This document shows, piece by piece, positions 26,430-33,695 of a stretch of 33,695 nucleotides of DNA. Each line of letters starts with the position of its first letter. Positions within the stretch are counted from its first letter, which is position 1. The position numbers and the translations under genes were made by a program. The DNA is taken from contig JASLKH010000044.1 in the NCBI GenBank assembly GCA_030747675.1, forward strand, positions 1 to 33,695. The letters run 5' to 3'. The notes under the pieces are model-generated. The model made no database searches. It was not told the origin of the DNA and was given only the letters and a program-made list of their open reading frames with translations. This DNA is from Candidatus Thalassarchaeaceae archaeon (lineage in GTDB: Archaea > Thermoplasmatota > Poseidoniia > Poseidoniales > Thalassarchaeaceae).

Positions 26430-27461
26430 ATGTTGGACCCTGTCCCCCTCTTTCTTGCGCCGATGGCAGGAGTCACAGATCTAGCATTTCGCTTGCTTGC
26501 ACGTGAATGTGGGGCTGATGTTACGGCAACTGAATTTACTGCAGCAAGTGGACTATCCAGAAAGGACACAAAATCTTGGGCGAAATTAGAAACTCATCCC
26601 AGAGAAAGCCCATTTATCCCGCAAATCTTTGGAGGGGTAGAGGAAGAAATGGTTGAAACTGTCCGAATTTTGTCTGAAAGTGCAGATGTCATTGATCTAA
26701 ATTTTGGCTGCCCTGCACCAAAAGTGACCAAGACTTGCGCAGGTGCTGCTCTGATGGGAGAACCTGATACACTTGTTAGCATGGTTGAAAGATGTATTGA
26801 AGTGTCACAGGTACCAGTTTCAGTAAAAATGCGTTTAGGCACTGGAAGTAACAATATCAACGTCTTAGATATAGCCGAAAGTTGTGCTCAATTAGGTGTT
26901 TTACGAGTCTGTATCCATGGTCGTACACTTTCACAGAAGTATAGAGGTGTGGCTGATTGGAATATAATCCGAGAAGCAGTCGATTTGCTAGAATCATATG
27001 GCACTCCAGTTATCGCTAATGGCGACATTGTTGATGCAAAAAGTGCTGCAAAATGTTTGGAAAGGACAGGTGCATCTGGATTGATGATTGGCCGAGCTGC
27101 AATTGGGAACCCATGTATTTTTGGTCAGATAAAATCCAAACTTGGTTGGAATAATTATTCAGCACCATGGTCCAATCAATCAGAAGTCATTGCAAAGCAT
27201 TGGGCTTGGAATCGGTATGTAGATCTGGTTGATGAAGTCGGGGGCCCCCGTGGTGCTAGAAATATGAAACAACATGCAATATCATTCACTAAAGGACTTC
27301 CTGGTGGTAAAGAAATCAGGCCACACTTACACTCAATTAAAGATTTTAGAAAGATTGGCGAACCACTAAATTTGGCATTTGAGAAATATGCTAAAGGTGA
27401 ATCAAATACTCTTGCTAATCCGGAGGCTATTGCAATGGCACAATCAATATATTCTATTTGA
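26430..27461 (+). CDS. dus: tRNA-dihydrouridine synthase (Dus, FMN TIM barrel)
   Basis: LAPMAGVTD, PQIFG, IDLNFGCP (catalytic Cys), VSVKMRLG, IHGRT, PVIANGDI and GLMIGRAAIGNP. AT-rich TATA-like box AATATATA at 26403-26410; in-frame GTG at 26424 is an alternative start. Confidence 0.95.
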   Translation: MLDPVPLFLAPMAGVTDLAFRLLARECGADVTATEFTAASGLSRKDTKSWAKLETHPRESPFIPQIFGGVEEEMVETVRILSESADVIDLNFGCPAPKVTKTCAGAALMGEPDTLVSMVERCIEVSQVPVSVKMRLGTGSNNINVLDIAESCAQLGVLRVCIHGRTLSQKYRGVADWNIIREAVDLLESYGTPVIANGDIVDAKSAAKCLERTGASGLMIGRAAIGNPCIFGQIKSKLGWNNYSAPWSNQSEVIAKHWAWNRYVDLVDEVGGPRGARNMKQHAISFTKGLPGGKEIRPHLHSIKDFRKIGEPLNLAFEKYAKGESNTLANPEAIAMAQSIYSI

Positions 27462-27476
27462 TAACTAATACTGAAT

Positions 27477-28601
27477 TTATTGTTCAAGAGCTTTTTCTAA
27501 AGTTTCGGCAACTCTCTTCATCCTACGAAAAGTGCGATCAACTCGTGCAAGAATTCTTTCTCGGATTGCTGCAGCATTGATACCTGCTAATCTCCAACCA
27601 ACGGGCAATCTACCTCCAAGCAGATTGAGTAAAATCATCTGTTCTTTGGCACTTACATCAGAGAATATTTTTTCACATTTTGAAACGTTGAATTTACCAT
27701 TATCCAGGGCTTTGATAATTTTATTTGCCAAGCCTGAATCAATGCGATTCAAACCTCCCTTTGAAATGAGCCAGTCCCCCCCTCTTCTTCCATGTTGACT
27801 TGAAATTGCCGACCATAGAGTAACTGGTAACCTGTCAATGCGTGGAATTCGTTCTGCTAAACCTGCGGCACAGAAGCGGTCTAATGTTCGGGTTAACCTT
27901 GGCCGTGTAGTACCCCATAAATCTAATGCCTCATCTAATGAAAGTGGTAGGTTTGAATCCAAGAGATACTCAAAAATCCCTTTTCCTAAGGGTGCCCCAT
28001 TGGGGCCACTGCGCACACGATCACCGTACAATCCTAAGTCTTGCAGAAACGAATCCATTTCATCCTGACCTTCAGTTAGAGGGACTCTGGAACGAATATG
28101 AATACGAAATGGAGCATCCTTATTTTTTTCTGATGGAATTTTCATCCGCTCTTCACTTTCTTTCATCCATGAATTCAAAACTCGTAATCTCTGTTCCAAT
28201 ACTAGTCTTGCTTCAACTGCCATCACCTCCACTGCATTTGTTAGTGAACCATTTCGCAAATGATGAACACGCCACCCGTCAATATTTACTGAGTCGATTA
28301 ATCCACATTCAGTTAGTTTTGTAATTTGGTTATGTAATGCTGTAATGGCCAAACCCAGTTCATCTGCTAGTTCTTGTGCATTCCAACCATTTTTTGGGTA
28401 TTGAATCAGATAATCGCGCACCAAGCGATGTAGGGGGGAATGAATACCTTCCCCACTCCATTCATCCCCTTTGCGTCGGATTAAATCTAATGTGTCCATT
28501 AACCAAGATACCAATTGGTCTACATCTTTTGAACCCGCAGGTGCAGGTTGCTCTAGCAACCGCATGTTCATCATGGCGGCACCTGACGCTCGACGGCTCA
28601 A
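27477..28601 (-). CDS. Putative transcription regulator with an internally duplicated winged-helix module
   Basis: wHTH1 WNAQELADELGLAITALHNQITKLTECGLI and wHTH2 LSLDEALDLWGTTRPRLTRTLDRFCAAGLAE, each preceded by a W/F-x-x-D-x-L-x-L helix. The start is uncertain (TTG 28601, or ATG 28574/28571). Confidence 0.75.
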   Translation of the reverse strand: MSRRASGAAMMNMRLLEQPAPAGSKDVDQLVSWLMDTLDLIRRKGDEWSGEGIHSPLHRLVRDYLIQYPKNGWNAQELADELGLAITALHNQITKLTECGLIDSVNIDGWRVHHLRNGSLTNAVEVMAVEARLVLEQRLRVLNSWMKESEERMKIPSEKNKDAPFRIHIRSRVPLTEGQDEMDSFLQDLGLYGDRVRSGPNGAPLGKGIFEYLLDSNLPLSLDEALDLWGTTRPRLTRTLDRFCAAGLAERIPRIDRLPVTLWSAISSQHGRRGGDWLISKGGLNRIDSGLANKIIKALDNGKFNVSKCEKIFSDVSAKEQMILLNLLGGRLPVGWRLAGINAAAIRERILARVDRTFRRMKRVAETLEKALEQ

Positions 28602-28651
28602 AACACCTATGTCGATAATTCAGCATCAGACCTAACTATCCCGAATTTGTT

Positions 28652-29293
28652 CTATTCGGGAAGTGGCCTTTCGTCTAACCATTCATATTGAACGGAACTT
28701 GATTGTAATCCAGCAAGATGTGGTGCTAATTCTAAATCATGGGAATGCACAATACCACGGCGACGAAGAACTTTGATTGCCGAGTGTACAGTGGCCCTAG
28801 ATCGTCCTAATTCGCGTGACAATTCAGCTTGACTTTTCGGTTTAGGCTTTTTTGCTAGACGAGCGACTACCAGTCGTTGTGCTCCCGAAAGCCCAACAGG
28901 CATCATTCTAGCAGCCCTTTCAGAGTCACCAACATTCATCTCTTGTAGAATTTCAATTTGTTGTGGGGCCCCTGCATAATGACAAGATCTTCCATTCACA
29001 GGTACAACAGTAATTGAGCGATTGGAAATTAATACATCAAGATGATGTCTAAGCGTTCCATTTGCAGCTCCTAATTCCCGCTGAAGTTCTCGGTATGCCA
29101 ACCCAGGTTGAGATTCAAGAACTTGCAGGATTCTTTTACGAAGTGGATGCTCCCAAGGATTTTCGACTTGGGTAGATATTACCCCAGATGCGCTCCAATT
29201 CCAAGGCATTACTGCGCCCATACTTGCTCCGAGTGCAGCCACACCCGCCATGAGCCAAGGACGCTGTCGGTGCCATTGCTGAAGCAGTGCCAT
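28652..29293 (-). CDS. Two-wHTH regulator (COG3398-like) with an N-terminal hydrophobic segment
   Basis: HPLRKRILQVLESQPGLAYRELQRELGAANGTLRHHLDVL and SQAELSRELGRSRATVHSAIKVLRRRGIV. Confidence 0.8.
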   Translation of the reverse strand: MALLQQWHRQRPWLMAGVAALGASMGAVMPWNWSASGVISTQVENPWEHPLRKRILQVLESQPGLAYRELQRELGAANGTLRHHLDVLISNRSITVVPVNGRSCHYAGAPQQIEILQEMNVGDSERAARMMPVGLSGAQRLVVARLAKKPKPKSQAELSRELGRSRATVHSAIKVLRRRGIVHSHDLELAPHLAGLQSSSVQYEWLDERPLPE

Positions 29294-29346
29294 GAACCTC
29301 TTTGATACTCAGTGCTTATTCAAGCAATTGGTCCACTGTTCGGACA

Positions 29347-29799
29347 TTATTCACTGGTAACTGAGCCTTTTTTGATTTTCATATATGCGACCAAGGAACC
29401 AAGTAAACGTCCAGAGCGTTGACCATGATCGGTGAGACGGTAAGTGACTCTAACTGGGGGGCCATCAACAACTACCCTGTCAACAAGACCATTTTTCGTG
29501 CATTTTTTGAGTTTGTCAGACAGAGTCCTGCTTGAGATTCCTGAAAGCAATTTTCTCAATTCATTGAATCTCCTATCTCCTGCAATGTACAGTGTTGCTA
29601 GAATTTCAATAGTCCACCTACTTGTGAATACATCTAGGGCTTCAACTGCAGCTTCTACTTCCCATGACAAGCCCTTTTGGTCAATTGAATCGTCTCCCAG
29701 TATATGTCTAATACGTGCTCCCATTCCTTCTGTTGTGACAATACATGATTCAATTTCTTTCAGATTTTCATTGCTAATTTTCATCGCTGGCCCTATCAT
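29347..29799 (-). CDS. HxlR-family winged-helix transcription regulator
   Basis: RWTIEIL...RRFNELRKLLSGISSRTLSDKLK...GLVDR...PVRVTYRLTDHG; GGTGA 4 nt before the ATG. Confidence 0.92.
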   Translation of the reverse strand: MIGPAMKISNENLKEIESCIVTTEGMGARIRHILGDDSIDQKGLSWEVEAAVEALDVFTSRWTIEILATLYIAGDRRFNELRKLLSGISSRTLSDKLKKCTKNGLVDRVVVDGPPVRVTYRLTDHGQRSGRLLGSLVAYMKIKKGSVTSE

Positions 29800-29926
29800 T
29801 TTATCACCGGTTTACTATTTATCATGTAGTGTGGAAAATGCACCTTAATTTAAACTTTGTAACTCCTCAGTCTAAATACAACGGGCCACACATGGTTTAC
29901 TATCCACACTGGTTGGAGGTATTAAC

Positions 29927-30091
29927 ATGGATGAATGGTTGAAAAATTGGATTGATGAATGGAGCGAAGAATACGATCGACTTGAAGCTGAAAAGCAAGA
30001 TAATCAGAAGAAGAAGGTAAGCCTATCTGAACAGATTCGTTTGAAGGTGTTTGGGCGCATCTTCAACATTAACAAAAAGGTGAAGGTATGA
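29927..30091 (+). CDS. Small 54-aa hypothetical protein, missed by the ORF track
   Basis: GGAGGT RBS at 29915-29920, 6 nt before the ATG. Translation: MDEWLKNWIDEWSEEYDRLEAEKQDNQKKKVSLSEQIRLKVFGRIFNINKKVKV. Confidence 0.6.
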   Translation: MDEWLKNWIDEWSEEYDRLEAEKQDNQKKKVSLSEQIRLKVFGRIFNINKKVKV

Positions 30092-30174
30092 TTCAAAAAA
30101 TCACTGAATGGTTTTTGAGAAACTCAAGATACTTGCCTAGGTTTTCAATGATGAGTCATTTTCCTCGTTATTGA
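30088..30174 (+). CDS. Possible 28-aa peptide coupled to the small ORF
   Basis: GGTGA RBS and ATGA overlap; MIQKITEWFLRNSRYLPRFSMMSHFPRY. Very short, so it may be a remnant or chance. Confidence 0.25.
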   Translation: MIQKITEWFLRNSRYLPRFSMMSHFPRY

Positions 30175-30244
30175 ATGATGACGATAAACCTGGATTGACT
30201 ATACAGATTTGACTCTAATATCACGTTGACCCAACTAAATCGAA

Positions 30245-32314
30245 TCAGGAGTTGCTGTAGTTGGGTCTCCGACCCTCAATTAAGGCTGAAAGGCCTTCAA
30301 GGCTATCTGCAGTGCTGAAGATATTTTCAAGCCCCTTTAATTCAAGATTGAGACCTTCTTCAAGTGTAGTGCTAGTGGCTGCGTCTAGTAATTCATTTGC
30401 CATTTTTAATGCAATAGGGGCAGTTCTACTTAGAGATTTGAGTTGCCTTCCAATGTTTCGATCATCTACATCAAACCCTTCAGGGCAATTTCCAGACAAG
30501 AGTGTAGCCATGTTTTGGTCGTTGTAGAACGCTGAAGTGAAGGTAGCAATCGGGTGTTCGGCTTGTAATGGTGCATGGGGGTATTTTTGATTTGGTTTAC
30601 CAGTTATTGAAATACTCTCAACAGTTGAAGTCACTTCTGCAGGTTCAACTAAATGTGTAAGCAAACCAAGTGCATATGCTGTTTTGTGGTCAATAAAATT
30701 CCCTGCAAGTACTGCCCACCTAGCGGCTTCAATACCACATATACGAACCGTGCGTTGTGTGCCACCAAGGCCTGGATAAATACCAATACTAGTTTCAGGG
30801 AATCGGAATTGCGTCCTTCTAGTTCCTACCCGATAGTCACAAGCAAGTGCTAGTTCTAACCCTCCACCAAGTGCAAGCCCTGTAGTGAGTGCAACAGTAG
30901 TCTTTGGACTATTTTCAAGCTTATCGAGAACAACATGGCCGTTTGCAGTAAATTCGTAGATATCAGGAAAAGAATCTGCTCGGATTTTGTCGACAAAGAA
31001 TTTGACATCTGCTCCAGCAACAAATGCCTTCCCTGCTCCCTCGAGGGCAATTGTTGTGACACTCGAATCTGAATTTAAATCATCTAGTACAGCACCAAGT
31101 TGCCCAACAACAGTTTCATTGAGAGCATTCATGGCTTCTGGGCGATTCAAACGAACAGTTGCAACCCCCCCTCTTTGGACAACATCGATAAAATTGAAAT
31201 CCCATCCGTACCCAGTTTCTGCCTTTATCGCAAAAAAATCAGGGAGAGTAAAGTTCGCAAGGTTAGCATATGATTTAGCCATCCTGTATGCTTCTGAGAT
31301 GCCAATTGAGTTCATGATTTCAAATGGTCCATTCATCCACCTCAAACCAACTTTCGCTCCACGATCAACATCTTCCATTGAACAAATTTCTTCGGAGACG
31401 ATTTGTGCACTTACTGCAAAAACTTGGCCCAGTAACCTTTCACTAATTGTGGTTGCAGCATCAACTGAGCAATTTTCATCATCACCGATATCCCACATGG
31501 CGCCTGCTCCAACCAAATCTTGTAGGCTCTTTGCACCGGTATATCGTGGTGTATTCAATTGCTCTGCAAGGTAATTCGTTGCATGAAGAGCAATCGGTGG
31601 CCCTGTTAAATTCATCAACGCAAAAGGGCCCATTCCAATGTCGAATGCTTTGCATGCGACAGCATCAATTTGTGCAGTGCTCGCAATTCCTTCTTCTAGG
31701 AGTAAACAAGCTTCATTCAACCAAGGGACAAAGAATCGGTTTACTACAAACCCAGGCCTATCTTTGCACACAATTACAACTTTCCCTAACATCTTGCAAT
31801 ATTGTTCAACCCTAGCAACTGTTTCTGGAGAAGACAGTTCAGAAGGAATAACTTCGACGAGTCTATTTTTTGCTGGGTGGTAAAAAAAGTGTAACCCTAC
31901 AAATCGGTCAGGACGTGCTGTTGCTTCAGCCAATGCGTTTACTGAGAGAGATGATGTATTGGATGCCAGAATTGTGTTTTCTCCACAGGCACTATCGAGA
32001 GTGTTGAAGACAGCAGATTTGATGTCAAAGTCCTCAAAAACGGCTTCAATAACAAGATCAGTATCTCTTGAAACATTTTCAACACCGACTACACTAGTAA
32101 CTCTTTTTTTGATACCTTCAACTTGTTCAGGAGAAAATATTCGACGTTCAACGGCTTCTGCAAGAAAATTTGAAATTGTTTCTTGGCCACGATTTACCCA
32201 TTGCTCTTCTCTATCGACCATTTGAACGTCGAATAGCTCTTGAGCAGATTTTTGAGCAATACCAGATCCCATATTGCCTGCTCCAATAATGGCGATAGTT
32301 TCGATAGGTTGCAT
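30245..32314 (-). CDS. Fused 3-hydroxyacyl-CoA dehydrogenase (N-terminal) / enoyl-CoA hydratase (C-terminal), beta-oxidation
   Basis: IIGAGNMGSGIA Rossmann motif, IEAVFED, ASNTSSL, GLHFF, PGFVVNR; crotonase RLNRPEAMNAL, FVAGAD, GGGLELALACD and PETSIGIYPGLGGT with both catalytic Glu. The start could be 32341. Confidence 0.95.
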   Translation of the reverse strand: MQPIETIAIIGAGNMGSGIAQKSAQELFDVQMVDREEQWVNRGQETISNFLAEAVERRIFSPEQVEGIKKRVTSVVGVENVSRDTDLVIEAVFEDFDIKSAVFNTLDSACGENTILASNTSSLSVNALAEATARPDRFVGLHFFYHPAKNRLVEVIPSELSSPETVARVEQYCKMLGKVVIVCKDRPGFVVNRFFVPWLNEACLLLEEGIASTAQIDAVACKAFDIGMGPFALMNLTGPPIALHATNYLAEQLNTPRYTGAKSLQDLVGAGAMWDIGDDENCSVDAATTISERLLGQVFAVSAQIVSEEICSMEDVDRGAKVGLRWMNGPFEIMNSIGISEAYRMAKSYANLANFTLPDFFAIKAETGYGWDFNFIDVVQRGGVATVRLNRPEAMNALNETVVGQLGAVLDDLNSDSSVTTIALEGAGKAFVAGADVKFFVDKIRADSFPDIYEFTANGHVVLDKLENSPKTTVALTTGLALGGGLELALACDYRVGTRRTQFRFPETSIGIYPGLGGTQRTVRICGIEAARWAVLAGNFIDHKTAYALGLLTHLVEPAEVTSTVESISITGKPNQKYPHAPLQAEHPIATFTSAFYNDQNMATLLSGNCPEGFDVDDRNIGRQLKSLSRTAPIALKMANELLDAATSTTLEEGLNLELKGLENIFSTADSLEGLSALIEGRRPNYSNS

Positions 32315-32361
32315 ATTCAACGGGGATAGAGTGACCTCCATGAATGCACCGATGTAGTCAA

Positions 32362-32377
32362 CAGCCCTTTAGGGCTG
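32362..32377. promoter_or_regulatory. Perfect palindrome in the divergent promoter region
   Basis: CAGCCCT-TT-AGGGCTG. Confidence 0.4.
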
Positions 32378-32431
32378 AAAGATATTGATTCAGGCATTAA
32401 ATTATACAACTTGACTGACCAGCCACGTTTC

Positions 32432-33421
<990 letters not shown>

Positions 33422-33476
33422 TTTGTCAAATTAATGCACCAACTGGCATTATAGTCACCCTTTGCCTCGGAAAAAT

Positions 33477-33695
33477 ATGCGAGTACGTGTAATTGTACTG
33501 AGTTTCTTATTGTTGGCCGTTTCAGGAGCCAATCTTGTGGATGCCAATTCAAGTGGAAAGTACCAGAGTGCATCAGGTTGTAGTTGCCATTATGGTGGAA
33601 GCGCAACGGTTTCTATGTCTGGTCAACCAGCAACATACACAGCTGGACAAACATACACGCTTTCAATATCAGTTAGTGGTGGCGTTTCAGGTAGT
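33477..33695 (+). CDS. 3'-truncated secreted protein, choice-of-anchor V / reeler-like N-terminal domain
   Basis: Not in the ORF track because it has no stop in the window. MRVRVIVLSFLLLAVSGANLVDA signal peptide, then NSSG...GCSCH...GQPATYTAGQTYTLSISV. TATA-like CATTATAG at 33447-33454. Confidence 0.75.
   Translation, partial: MRVRVIVLSFLLLAVSGANLVDANSSGKYQSASGCSCHYGGSATVSMSGQPATYTAGQTYTLSISVSGGVSGS

Noticed and set aside
30088-30212. Longer peptide (…FNDESFSSLLNDDDKPGLTIQI) reachable from ATG 30088 by frameshifts
   Set aside because: It needs two separate indels and I have no homology support.

Overview
Archaeal chromosomal window, most likely Marine Group II Thermoplasmatota (Ca. Poseidoniales). 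The assignment is inferred from GGTGA/GGAGG ribosome-binding sites, archaeal uS2, aIF1A/RIO1/Dim2, a split nuoJ and many large Ig-fold surface proteins; no search was run. From left to right it contains: two NEW3/COG1470-like surface proteins; a 12-gene complex I-like operon (nuoA,B,C,D,H,I,J1,J2,K,L,M,N) with no nuoEFG and many extra loop insertions; aIF1A with a long acidic tail, RIO1 kinase and a convergent Dim2/KH gene; a divergent pair of Ig/CARDB surface proteins, one with a cytoplasmic double zinc ribbon; a lipoprotein; a solo Cas4-like Fe-S nuclease with four transmembrane helices inserted inside it; rps2; dus; three winged-helix regulators; a small ORF absent from the ORF track; a fused 3-hydroxyacyl-CoA dehydrogenase/enoyl-CoA hydratase; a modular protein with a (PE)n linker; and the truncated start of a choice-of-anchor-V-like secreted protein. 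I saw no rRNA, tRNA, CRISPR array or mobile element. The strongest leads are the membrane-embedded Cas4-like nuclease, an SH3-like insert in NuoI (a possible ferredoxin dock), a probable ATC start codon for RIO1, and a eukaryote-like C-terminal tail on aIF1A. All family assignments come from motif recognition by eye.
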